A DNA stretch of 64,000 nt from a bacterium (lineage in GTDB: Bacteria; Hydrothermota; Tepidihabitantia; Tepidihabitantales; Tepidihabitantaceae), in assembly GCA_039793395.1 (NCBI GenBank), contig JBAMLV010000020.1:4418-68417 (forward strand), given 5' to 3'. A program made the translations under genes and the position numbers. Below the pieces are notes generated by a model that was given only the letters and a program-made list of their open reading frames with translations, searched no databases and was not told where the DNA came from. Shown here piece by piece: positions 8,811 to 17,885 of this stretch; the stretch's first letter is position 1; every line of letters starts with the position of its first letter.

Positions 8811-10406
8811 ATGAAAAACAAAATAACCGTCTTTTTGACAGCAATTTTATTTCTGGGTGTCCTGTGGACAGCGCAGGCACAGGTTGCGGTTAAGGATGTG
8901 GCAATTGACAAGCTGCTGGATGAGGTGCGGGTAACAGTTGCCTGTGGCGGCACGCCGAACATCAGTTCGTTTGTATCGCAGGAGCCGCCGGCGGTGGTGG
9001 TGGATATTATGGATGCGGTTTCGCAGGTGGCACAGGAGCGGATAAGCTCAAGCTATTACCCGGTAACGGCAGTGACGGTCAAACCGAGCGAAGCGACCAG
9101 CGGTGTCCGGGTAACAGTGCTGCTGCACCATTTAGTCCGGCATCGGATTACCAATGAAAACGGGGTGATTACCATCAGTCTGGGAACCCAGCCGCTGCCT
9201 CCGCCTCCGCTGCCGGCGCCAGAAGACCAGTTCAGTGGCAAACCGCCGTTGACCCTCTTGGTCCAGGATGCGGAGGTGACCAGTGTGCTCCGGATGCTCG
9301 CCCGACAGTTTGACCTGAACCTGATGATTACTCAGGATGTGAAGTCAATTGTCAGTGTCCGGCTGAATCAGGTCCCGTTGCGTGCCGGCCTGGAGGCGCT
9401 GGTGAAGGCGGCGGGCTGTAATATTGTCGAGGACCGGAGCGGAGTGCTGATCGTCAAACCGGTGAAGAAGGAGATGTATGGCGAGTTGCAGACCCGGGTT
9501 TTTGAACTGGATTATGTGGAGGCGGGTGATGTCATCAAGGCGATCAAGAAGGCACTGTCGCCAGCTGGTGAGGCGGTTGAAGGTTATCGCCGGGTGGGAA
9601 CTCAGGGCGGCGGATTTACCAGAAGTGGGGTACTGATTGTCTCCGATGTTCCGGAGGCACTGGATGAGGTGGCGAAGATCATCGCCGAACTTGACCGACC
9701 GATGCCCCAGATTGCGATTGAGGCGAAGTTTATTGAGACCACCCATTCGTATGAGGACCGCTGGGGAATTGACTGGAGGCCGGTAGCATCCTTCGGAACC
9801 GAACTGCCGAAGATCGGTGAAGAGGTGGCGCTTCCGGTAATTGTCAAGGATATGCTGCTTGGTAAAATTTCGTTTGCTAAATTTACCGCCGCGCTGGAGG
9901 TACTGAGTTCGCGGGGGCGGTCCCGGGTGCTGGCAAATCCCAGAACGGTGACAACGGATAATCAGACCGCAATGGTAAGTATGGGACTGGATATACCGAT
10001 AAGAGAAGTGCACAAGGACCCGAATACCGGCGAAATTACCTATACCTGGAAAACCCGCTCAGTTCCCATCCAGCTGGAGGTTACGCCGCATGTGACCTCC
10101 GATGGAATGATTACCATGCATGTGAAACCGTCGGTGCAGGCGATTACCGGCTGGGTGGGTTCGGCTGATGACCGGCAGCCGATTGTTGCCAAGCGCGAGG
10201 CTGAAACTCAGGTCAAACTTGGCGAGGATGAGGTGGTGGTCATTGGCGGACTGGTGCGCGACGAGGAAACCCGGACTGTGGGTAAGATTCCGCTGCTCGG
10301 GGACATTCCGATTCTCGGACATCTGTTCAAGAAGACCGCAATTGAAAGGACTAAGAGCGACCTGATGATATTTATTATTCCGCACATCATTAATCCGGAG
10401 GGATAG
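8811..10406 (+). CDS. pilQ: Secretin PilQ/GspD family with AMIN-like N-terminus
   Basis: Signal peptide, STN-like domain, QIAIEAKFIE, VLANPRTVTTDNQTA, GKIPLLGDIPILGHLFK secretin motifs. Confidence 0.92.
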   Translation: MKNKITVFLTAILFLGVLWTAQAQVAVKDVAIDKLLDEVRVTVACGGTPNISSFVSQEPPAVVVDIMDAVSQVAQERISSSYYPVTAVTVKPSEATSGVRVTVLLHHLVRHRITNENGVITISLGTQPLPPPPLPAPEDQFSGKPPLTLLVQDAEVTSVLRMLARQFDLNLMITQDVKSIVSVRLNQVPLRAGLEALVKAAGCNIVEDRSGVLIVKPVKKEMYGELQTRVFELDYVEAGDVIKAIKKALSPAGEAVEGYRRVGTQGGGFTRSGVLIVSDVPEALDEVAKIIAELDRPMPQIAIEAKFIETTHSYEDRWGIDWRPVASFGTELPKIGEEVALPVIVKDMLLGKISFAKFTAALEVLSSRGRSRVLANPRTVTTDNQTAMVSMGLDIPIREVHKDPNTGEITYTWKTRSVPIQLEVTPHVTSDGMITMHVKPSVQAITGWVGSADDRQPIVAKREAETQVKLGEDEVVVIGGLVRDEETRTVGKIPLLGDIPILGHLFKKTAIERTKSDLMIFIIPHIINPEG

Positions 10407-10442
10407 CCGCGGGTGGAAGGATGAAGTGGCGACCGCCGTAAG

Positions 10443-11579
10443 ATGAATATTGATGAACTGCTGAGATATGCAGCCAAGTATGGAGCTTCGGACCTGCACA
10501 TCACTGCCGGTAACCCGCCGATCATCCGGGTTAACGGCCGACTGAAGAAAATCCCCGGACCAGCGCTGACGGCCGATGATGCCCAGGCGCTGGTCTTTTC
10601 CATTCTCAGTGATGAGCAGCGGCAGGCAGTGGAGCGGAAACGGGAGATTGACCTGTCATATACCTGGGGTGCGGCGACGCAGCGGCTGGTGCCGGATGCG
10701 TTGACCCTGGAATATATCACTCCGGAGCGGGTCCGGGCGCGGGTGAATGTTTTTCTGGATTTGAACGGTATCGGCGCCGCCTTCCGGATTATTCCGGCGA
10801 AAATCAGAACCCTGGAGGAACTGCCGGCACCGCCGTCAGTTGCTGAACTGACCCGCTGCCATTCTGGACTGGTGCTGGTTACCGGTCCGACCGGTTGTGG
10901 CAAATCCACCACTCTGGCAAGTATGATTGACCTGATTGACCAGGAGCGAGCGGTGCGGATTATTACCATTGAGGACCCGATTGAGTATATTTTTCATCCC
11001 CGGAACTGTTTAATCAGTCAGCGGGAAATCGGTACCCATTCGCGCTCGTTTGCTTCGGCGCTACGTGCCGGCCTGCGTGAGGATCCGGATGTGATTCTGG
11101 TGGGTGAGATGCGGGACCTGGAGACCATCAGCCTGGCGCTGACCGCGGCTGAAACCGGGCATTTGGTGCTTTCCACCCTGCACACGAACAGCGTTGCCGA
11201 AACCGTGGACCGGGTGATAGATGTTTTTCCGGGAGACCAGCAGGAGTATGTGCGGCAGATATTTGCGAGCGTGGTGCGGGGTATCATTTCCCAGATGCTG
11301 CTGCCGCGCCGCGATGGCCGGGGCCGGGTGGCGGCGATGGAGGTGCTGATTGCCACGCCGGCGGTTCGGAATCTGATTCGGGAGGCAAAGATTCACCAGA
11401 TTCCCTCGCTGGTGCAGACCGGCTTCCAGTACGGAATGCAGACGATGGACCAGAGTCTGGAGATGCTGTTGAAAAAAGGGTTGATTTCTGCCGAGGTGGC
11501 TTATGCGGTGGCAAACGATAAGAGGATGTTTGCGCCGCCCGAGACGCCGGTTTCTGCTCCGGGGCCAAAGGGTCAGTGA
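10443..11579 (+). CDS. pilT: Type IV pilus retraction ATPase PilT
   Basis: ASDLHI, Walker A GPTGCGKSTT, TIEDPIE, LREDPDVILVGEMRD, ETGHLVLSTLHT, AVRNLIRE. Confidence 0.95.
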   Translation: MNIDELLRYAAKYGASDLHITAGNPPIIRVNGRLKKIPGPALTADDAQALVFSILSDEQRQAVERKREIDLSYTWGAATQRLVPDALTLEYITPERVRARVNVFLDLNGIGAAFRIIPAKIRTLEELPAPPSVAELTRCHSGLVLVTGPTGCGKSTTLASMIDLIDQERAVRIITIEDPIEYIFHPRNCLISQREIGTHSRSFASALRAGLREDPDVILVGEMRDLETISLALTAAETGHLVLSTLHTNSVAETVDRVIDVFPGDQQEYVRQIFASVVRGIISQMLLPRRDGRGRVAAMEVLIATPAVRNLIREAKIHQIPSLVQTGFQYGMQTMDQSLEMLLKKGLISAEVAYAVANDKRMFAPPETPVSAPGPKGQ

Positions 11580-12373
11580 ACTGGTTGCTCTTTGCCCTGC
11601 TGGGCCTGGTGCTGGGCAGTTTCTTTAATGTCTGTATCTGGCGGCTGCCCCGCGGTGAGTCCATCAGTTATCCCCCTTCCCACTGTCCGCACTGTAAAAA
11701 AAGGATTCGCGCCTATGACAATATTCCGGTGGTGAGTTATCTCTTTTTACGGGGTCGGTGCCGGGACTGTCACCAGCCAATTTCAGTCCAGTATCCGCTG
11801 GTTGAAGCGGGCACGGCACTGCTGTTTGTGCTTGCCTATGCCCGGTTCGGATTTGAGCTGCCGGTACTGCGGGCACTGATTTTCATCGGCTTCTTAATGG
11901 TGCTTGCCGGTATTGACATTAGCCATCAACTGCTACCGGTGCAACTTTCATTTGCCGGACTGATTATCGGTCTTTTGACCGCGCTGTTGCCGGTTTTCCG
12001 GACCGGAATCAAGCCGGCGGTCCTGGGAGCGTTAATCGGTGCGGGGTTTGTTTTTTTCGCCTGGGCGTTGTGGCGGTTTGTGCTTGCCCGGCCTTTTGCC
12101 CGGATGGGTGTAAGGCAAAAGGAGGCGATGGGCTGGGGTGATTTACCGTTTGCAGCCATGGTTGGAGTTTACACCGGACCAAAAGGGATGGTGGTGGCGC
12201 TGGGGGTGGCGGTGGTCACCGGCGTGCTGTTCGGGCTTGGGGGCAGAGTTGCCGGCCGGCTCAGGAAGGGTCAGGAGGTGCCTTTTGGACCGTTTCTGGC
12301 GCTGGGTGGACTGGTTGGGCTTTTCTGGGGGGAGCAGGTTTTCAACTGGTATCTGAAAATGGTTTTGCCCTGA
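11576..12373 (+). CDS. pilD: Prepilin peptidase/N-methyltransferase (A24)
   Basis: GSFFNVCIWRLP, CPHC/CRDC zinc motif, MGWGD catalytic motif, VPFGPFLA. Confidence 0.95.
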   Translation: MNWLLFALLGLVLGSFFNVCIWRLPRGESISYPPSHCPHCKKRIRAYDNIPVVSYLFLRGRCRDCHQPISVQYPLVEAGTALLFVLAYARFGFELPVLRALIFIGFLMVLAGIDISHQLLPVQLSFAGLIIGLLTALLPVFRTGIKPAVLGALIGAGFVFFAWALWRFVLARPFARMGVRQKEAMGWGDLPFAAMVGVYTGPKGMVVALGVAVVTGVLFGLGGRVAGRLRKGQEVPFGPFLALGGLVGLFWGEQVFNWYLKMVLP

Positions 12374-12395
12374 GTTGCAGTAAGCGGTAAAATTA

Positions 12396-12422
12396 AAAGG
12401 CGGGGGAAAGACCCCCGCCTTT
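12396..12422. terminator. Bidirectional rho-independent terminator
   Basis: AAAGGCGGGGG-aaaga-CCCCCGCCTTT between convergent pilD and OmpA-domain genes. Confidence 0.85.
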
Positions 12423-12438
12423 GGTTTTAATACGGTTA

Positions 12439-14373
12439 TTATTTGACAATCACGAATTCAACCCGGCGGTTGAGCTGGCGGCCTTCTTCGGTGTCGTTGG
12501 AGGCGATGGGCTGCGACTCACCCAGCCCTTTGGCACTCAGACGTTTCGGGTCAATGCCGCCATACTGGACGAGGAAGTTCATTACCGCATAGGCGCGCTT
12601 TTCCGAGAGGATGCGGTTGTAATCTTCTGAGCCGAGGTTGCAGGTGTGGCCGCGGATTTCAACCACGATGTCCGGGTTTTCTTTCATAATCTGTGCCGCC
12701 TCCATCAGCGCCGGATATGATTCGGTGCGCAGGGTCGCCTTGCCCAGTTCAAAGTAGACACCCTTGAGGGTCAGAACCATTCCCTTGGCTACCAGTTCAA
12801 AGGTGCGTTGGGTGGTTTCCCCTTTGTTGATGGTAAAGTTGGTGGTCTGGACCACATAACCGGGTGCCTCCACCTTGAGCTCATAGGTACCGACCGGCAG
12901 TTCCAGGCTGAAGCCGCCGGTGATGCTGTCGGTGGTGAAGGAGGGCTTTTCGCCCTGGGTGAAGCTGATGGTTGCCCGAATCGGTTTACCGGTCTGTTTG
13001 TCAACCACCTTGCCGCTGAAGGTGCCCTTCATCTCCAGCGAGGTGAGGCCAATGTTGAGTTTGGTTACGGTGCCGTCTTCAACCTCAATTGCCCTTTCTT
13101 CCGGGAAGTAGCCATCTTTTTCAATCCGGACCGCAACCAGTCCAGCAGGAACATTGTCCACCCGGAAAAAGCCGGTCAGTGGATTGGAACTGAGCGGCGG
13201 TAGTTGGGTGGCGATAAACGTGATTCGGGCTTCCAGCGGCTTGCCGTTATAGGTGTCGTAAATTCTGCCGGTAACCGTGCCGTACGGGACGAGCGGTTTC
13301 AGTTTAAAGGTGTAGGCGGCATAACCCCGGTCCGGAATGACCAGCGGTACCGCTTCCGGAATATAACCCTCCCGGGATGCCTCCACAATCACCACACCGG
13401 CAGGTAGTTTTTCCAGATAGAAGGTGCCGTTTTCCGGGTCGGTCTTCAGTGCCGGCAGATGCCGGTGGATGAAGCGGATTTTTGCCGCCAGCGGTATGCC
13501 GGTGCGGGCATCCTCAACCTTACCCACCAGTCTGCCCCAGGGCTTTTCGGGCGGTTTCGGAAAGGGTGAGACAAAGGTAAGCCCGATGAGCGCCTCGTAT
13601 TCCGGGACAGAGTCGGTGAGGCCGAGTTCAACTCCGCCGTTCAAATGGACGGTTCCCATCTTGATGCGGACACCCGGGGTAATTCTTGCCCGGGGTGTAT
13701 AATCTTTGCCAAACAGGGAGGTGAGACCGGGACCGGCATCGGCTTCGGAACTGGCTTCAATGAAAAGGTCAACCGCACTGGAGCCAAACTCAATTCCGAC
13801 ACCGGCGAACTGCTGTGCCGTTCCGGTCAGGGTCCGACCGTAATTGAGCATCAGGGTGGGCAGGGTTTTATAGAGTTCCCAGAAACGGAATGCGGCAATT
13901 GCGCGCCAGGTGCTTTTGTCCATAAACAGCCGGTCCAGAAATCCGTCCGACTGCTGATAGGTGTAGGTGCTTTTAGGCATAACCCACTGTCCGGCACCGG
14001 CAAGTTTAACGACCGGTAAAAACGGCAGCGAGAGTTTGGCACCAACTATCTGCCCCTGCCAGTCATAGAACAGGTCGTAGGGGCTGGTCCGGAAGTCAAT
14101 GACCCCGACCATTGAGCCGAAAAATTCACAGTACGGGAATGGGGCATAGTTCATCTCCATACCGAAAAGCGGACCCCGGTACATCGTAACATTGTCACCG
14201 AGATTGGTGCGGTTAAGCATCCAGCGACTGGCAAAGACCAGCGCACCGTCCTCTTCAACCCGGGCATCCTGGACCCGGAACAGACCCCGACCTCCACCCA
14301 GCGCCGGGTCAGCGAACCCCGGTCCGGTAAGGATGAAGAGCAGGGTCAAGGAGCTGATAACCCTCTTTTTCAT
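12439..14373 (-). CDS. OmpA-family protein with N-terminal beta-strand-rich region and three carboxypeptidase-regulatory-like domains
   Basis: Signal peptide; repeats GKVEDARTG, GRIYDTYNG, GKVVDKQTG; C-terminal VYFELGKA, IRGHTC, LSEKRA, NRRVEF. Confidence 0.88.
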   Translation of the reverse strand: MKKRVISSLTLLFILTGPGFADPALGGGRGLFRVQDARVEEDGALVFASRWMLNRTNLGDNVTMYRGPLFGMEMNYAPFPYCEFFGSMVGVIDFRTSPYDLFYDWQGQIVGAKLSLPFLPVVKLAGAGQWVMPKSTYTYQQSDGFLDRLFMDKSTWRAIAAFRFWELYKTLPTLMLNYGRTLTGTAQQFAGVGIEFGSSAVDLFIEASSEADAGPGLTSLFGKDYTPRARITPGVRIKMGTVHLNGGVELGLTDSVPEYEALIGLTFVSPFPKPPEKPWGRLVGKVEDARTGIPLAAKIRFIHRHLPALKTDPENGTFYLEKLPAGVVIVEASREGYIPEAVPLVIPDRGYAAYTFKLKPLVPYGTVTGRIYDTYNGKPLEARITFIATQLPPLSSNPLTGFFRVDNVPAGLVAVRIEKDGYFPEERAIEVEDGTVTKLNIGLTSLEMKGTFSGKVVDKQTGKPIRATISFTQGEKPSFTTDSITGGFSLELPVGTYELKVEAPGYVVQTTNFTINKGETTQRTFELVAKGMVLTLKGVYFELGKATLRTESYPALMEAAQIMKENPDIVVEIRGHTCNLGSEDYNRILSEKRAYAVMNFLVQYGGIDPKRLSAKGLGESQPIASNDTEEGRQLNRRVEFVIVK

Positions 14374-14456
14374 TATGTACCTCCACCATTTAGATTAATA
14401 CTGACTTTGCTCGGCCGGGGAATAACCCCCTTGATGCTGACTTTTTCATTGACCTG

Positions 14457-14485
14457 ATTTTACATTGTTTTCCGCAGTTTGTCAA
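14457..14485 (-). promoter_or_regulatory. Sigma70-type promoter for OmpA-domain gene
   Basis: Minus strand TTGACA (14485-14480), 17 nt, TAAAAT (14462-14457). Confidence 0.7.
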
Positions 14486-14502
14486 TAGTTAATCGCTTTC
14501 AG

Positions 14503-15471
14503 TTATTCCTGAATATGAAATTCAATAATGTCCTTATCCTGCAGGGTCTGGGTCCTTTCAACCCGCTGGCCCGAAAATACATCGGTCCGCCAGAGCCGGG
14601 CATAGGCGAGTTTGCGGGCAAAGTCCTTGTGCAGTTGAAGGGCAGCATCAAGTACCGTTGCCCCGTGCTTCAAGATCACCGGCTCCTGCAGATCGGGCGG
14701 TTTCCCGGGCTTTTTGGTATAAACCCGGATGATGTTCAGGGTGGTAAATACCCGGCGCCGGAACTCCTCCAGCCCCTGACCGGTGATTACCGAAACCAAA
14801 AGCACCTCCATCTCACCGAGCAGTTCCCGGAGAATGGCAAGCCGGTCCAGGACTTCGGGGGCATCAGCTTTGGTGCCGATGAGCAGCCGCGGTTTAACCG
14901 TAACTCCTTCACCAGGAGCGGTGCCGATGCGGTTCTGCTGGAGCAGTTCCTGAATTTGACCGGTAGTTTCCAGAACCGAGTCATCGCTTAAGTCCAGCAG
15001 CCAGCAGATGGCATCAGCGGTGCGCAGGATGTGAAAAAGCCATGCCGGGGAATCGGGAACCAGGGGCGGGGTGTCAATCAGTTGGATCTGAATGTCCTCA
15101 TATGGCATCATTCCCGCCAGCGGCCGGGTGGTGGTGAAGGGATAGGGTGCAACTTCGGTATTCAGTCCGGTCAGGGTCTTGACCAGCGCCGACTTGCCGC
15201 AGTTGGGTGCGCCGAAGAGCGCAACCTGACCTGCCCCCTGTTTTTCCACCGAATACCAGTCGGTGCGCCTGCCGCCACCCCGGCCGGCGGATAGTTCCCG
15301 GCGGATTCTGGCGATGCGGCTTTTGATGTCCGCCTGCATTTTTTCCGTGCCCTTGTGCTTGGGAATGGTGGCAAGCATTTCTTCCAGGCAGAGCAGTTTT
15401 TCCTCCGGGGTCTTTGCCTGTCGGAACCTCTCCTCTGCCTGTTTGTATTCCGGGGTCAGGTTTGCGGGCAT
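14503..15471 (-). CDS. OBG/DRG-family GTP-binding protein with C-terminal TGS domain
   Basis: MPANLTPEY...IPKHKGTEK N-terminus, G1 GAPNCGKS, YPFTT, TKAD, TGS domain IRVYTKKPGK...IEFHI. Confidence 0.88.
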   Translation of the reverse strand: MPANLTPEYKQAEERFRQAKTPEEKLLCLEEMLATIPKHKGTEKMQADIKSRIARIRRELSAGRGGGRRTDWYSVEKQGAGQVALFGAPNCGKSALVKTLTGLNTEVAPYPFTTTRPLAGMMPYEDIQIQLIDTPPLVPDSPAWLFHILRTADAICWLLDLSDDSVLETTGQIQELLQQNRIGTAPGEGVTVKPRLLIGTKADAPEVLDRLAILRELLGEMEVLLVSVITGQGLEEFRRRVFTTLNIIRVYTKKPGKPPDLQEPVILKHGATVLDAALQLHKDFARKLAYARLWRTDVFSGQRVERTQTLQDKDIIEFHIQE

Positions 15472-15509
15472 AATGCCGGTTTGGGCGCGGTTCTATCCGG
15501 ACTGCTGCA

Positions 15510-16781
15510 TTACGCTGATAACATTCGGCTGGCGCTGACATCCATAAACACCAGACCGGAAACAAGTTTCGGGTAGAAGTCGGTTGACTTCTGGGGCATA
15601 CGCTCCCGCTGTTGTGCCAGTGCTTGAACCTGTTCGGGTCGGGTGGGGTTGAGGAACAGTGCCAGTTGATATTCACCGGAATTGACCCGGGCGAAGGTGT
15701 CCTCCCAGTAGCGCTCATAGCCAATTTTGGCCTCAACCTGGTCCGGTTTGATACCGAACACCCGGTCAATCACCAGCGCGTGGAGCAGGGCAACATCCAG
15801 TTCCCGGTATCGGGGACTGCGGTCCTGGAGAATGTCAATTACCGTCGGTGATTTCAACCGCAGGAGATAACTTTTCCCCGGACCGTAATAGAGCACATAG
15901 GCATGCTTTTGATGGGCTGCCAGTTCCGTCTTTGCCTGCGCGTCGGCAACCGGCTTGACCACAAAGTATTCAGCCAGGCGGTTCAGCGCTTCATCCGGGC
16001 TGAGGCTGGTTCCCCTGAGCAGGCGATGAGTCGGCAGGATGACCAGACCCGGGTCGGTGATTTTGAAGCAGGCGGCGGTTTTGAACCTCAGGGCGGCGTT
16101 CTCGGGCACCTCCTTTTTTTTCTCCATCTCCTGAAGGTAGTTGAGCGCGGTTTCGTAACGGTGATGGCCATCAGCAATCAGGAGCACCCGGTTTTGTAGT
16201 GCCTGACTGATTGCCCGGAGCCGGTCCGGTTCAGCAATCCGCCACAGCCGGTGGATAACACCATAGTCATCGGTTACCTGGAGCAGGGGGGCATTCCGGG
16301 TGGTAAGCAGCGGGTCAATCTCGCCCGCCTCATCCGGGTAAAGCAGGAATATCTGCTCGTAATCCTTTTCGGTTGCCCGGAGCAGGTTCAGCCGGTCGGC
16401 TTTTGGTCCGGAATGGGTGAACTCGTGGGGCAGAATTGTGCCCTTTTCAAACTCCTCCACCCGGACCGCACCGATGAAGCCCCGGCGCCGGATGGTTTTG
16501 CCGTCAAGACTGAACTCCTCTTCCAGCACATAGAATGCGGGTGTGGGGTCTTCAATCAAAACCCCCTGGTTCAGCCATTCGGTGCAGGTCCGGGCTGAGT
16601 TTTCATAGGGGCGGTCGCCACCGGGCAGGATCAGCCGGACGAAGTTGAACCGATGCCGGGCAAGGTAAGTTGCCTGCAGCTGCGGGGTGATTTTATCATA
16701 GGGCTGGGTGATGACCGCACTCAGGTCCGCGATTTTCTCCGGATTGTAGCGGATTGCCGGAAATGGTCGGACATCAGCCAT
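15510..16781 (-). CDS. DUF1015 family protein
   Basis: VRPFPAIRY, ILPHEFT, LIADGHHRYETA, MPQKSTDFYPKL motifs; coupled to serA. Confidence 0.88.
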   Translation of the reverse strand: MADVRPFPAIRYNPEKIADLSAVITQPYDKITPQLQATYLARHRFNFVRLILPGGDRPYENSARTCTEWLNQGVLIEDPTPAFYVLEEEFSLDGKTIRRRGFIGAVRVEEFEKGTILPHEFTHSGPKADRLNLLRATEKDYEQIFLLYPDEAGEIDPLLTTRNAPLLQVTDDYGVIHRLWRIAEPDRLRAISQALQNRVLLIADGHHRYETALNYLQEMEKKKEVPENAALRFKTAACFKITDPGLVILPTHRLLRGTSLSPDEALNRLAEYFVVKPVADAQAKTELAAHQKHAYVLYYGPGKSYLLRLKSPTVIDILQDRSPRYRELDVALLHALVIDRVFGIKPDQVEAKIGYERYWEDTFARVNSGEYQLALFLNPTRPEQVQALAQQRERMPQKSTDFYPKLVSGLVFMDVSASRMLSA

Positions 16782-17686
16782 CAGTCGCCTCCCTTCAGGG
16801 CATCCCGGACCTTTTCGGCAATCTGGACTCCGGCCCGGCGCTGTCCTTCTTTGGTCTGGGCACCGATGTGAGGGGTGCCGATCACCTGGGGCAGGGAAAA
16901 GAGCCGGAAGTCCTTCACTGGTTCCTCCTCATACACATCAAGGGCGGCAGCAGCCACCTGACCGCTCTGGATTGCCTCAAACAGGGCGGTTTCGTCAATC
17001 ACCCCCCCGCGCGCACAGTTGATGATGATTACCCCCTTTTTCATTCGGGCGAATGCCTCTTTATTCAACAGGTGATAGGTTTCCGGAGTTTTCGGGATGT
17101 GCAGGGAGATGAAGTCCGATTTTGAAAGCAGTTCCTCGCGCGAGCAGAGTTCGCCATACTGGGGTTTGCGTCCAGAGCGGTTATTCACCAGCACCTTCAT
17201 CCCCAGGGCGAGCGCCCGTTTTGCCAGTTCGGTGCCGATTCTTCCGGAGCCGATGATACCCAGGGTTTTACCGTAAAGTTCAATCCCCTTGAACGCCTTT
17301 TTCTCCCACTTGCCGGCGCGCAGCGAGGCGGTTGCCTGCGGGATTTGCCGGGCACAGGCGAACATCATTCCCAGTGCCAGTTCGGCAACCGAGACCGAGG
17401 TTGCTTCCGGGGTGTTGACCACTTTGATCCCGCGGGCTTCAGCCGCCTTGTGGTCAACATTATCAAGGCCAACTCCGGCCCGGCCGATGACCTTGAGGTT
17501 TTTGCCGGCATTGATGACCTCGGCGGTAACCTTGGTGGCGCTGCGGACGATGAGCGCATTATACTCCGGGATTATTTTGAGCAGTTCTTCCGGGCTGATG
17601 CCGGGTTTTTCATCAACGGTGAAACCGGCGTCGGTGAGAATTTTAACGCCTTCCGGGTCAATCGGGTCGGTGATAATTATCTTCAT
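16781..17686 (-). CDS. serA: D-3-phosphoglycerate dehydrogenase / D-2-hydroxyacid dehydrogenase (no ACT domain)
   Basis: IGRAGVGLDNVD, GIIGSGRIG, INCARGG, AALDVYEEEP, TPHIGAQT; 301 aa. Confidence 0.85.
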   Translation of the reverse strand: MKIIITDPIDPEGVKILTDAGFTVDEKPGISPEELLKIIPEYNALIVRSATKVTAEVINAGKNLKVIGRAGVGLDNVDHKAAEARGIKVVNTPEATSVSVAELALGMMFACARQIPQATASLRAGKWEKKAFKGIELYGKTLGIIGSGRIGTELAKRALALGMKVLVNNRSGRKPQYGELCSREELLSKSDFISLHIPKTPETYHLLNKEAFARMKKGVIIINCARGGVIDETALFEAIQSGQVAAAALDVYEEEPVKDFRLFSLPQVIGTPHIGAQTKEGQRRAGVQIAEKVRDALKGGD

Positions 17687-17722
17687 TTTTACTCCTTTGG
17701 TTTGATAAATTTCGGGTCCTTT

Positions 17723-17751
17723 ATGATAACCGATTATCAGGTTTCAGTCAA
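17723..17751 (-). promoter_or_regulatory. Sigma70-type promoter for serA-DUF1015
   Basis: Minus strand TTGACT, 17 nt, TATCAT; AAAGGAG SD before ATG 17686. Confidence 0.65.
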
Positions 17752-17856
17752 CGATGGGCAGGGGTTTTGTTGGTGGTGCTGAGGAGCGCGAATGCTGCCG
17801 GATAATTGCTGGATTATCAATGGTAATTTCTGCGGGGTGGATTTAACCGGAAATGA

Positions 17857-17885
17857 TTGACAGCAGGTGGGGTTTATGCTATAAT
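17857..17885 (+). promoter_or_regulatory. Consensus sigma70 promoter with extended -10 for the gingipain-like gene
   Basis: TTGACA (17857-17862), 17 nt, TATAAT (17880-17885), preceded by TGn. Confidence 0.85.
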
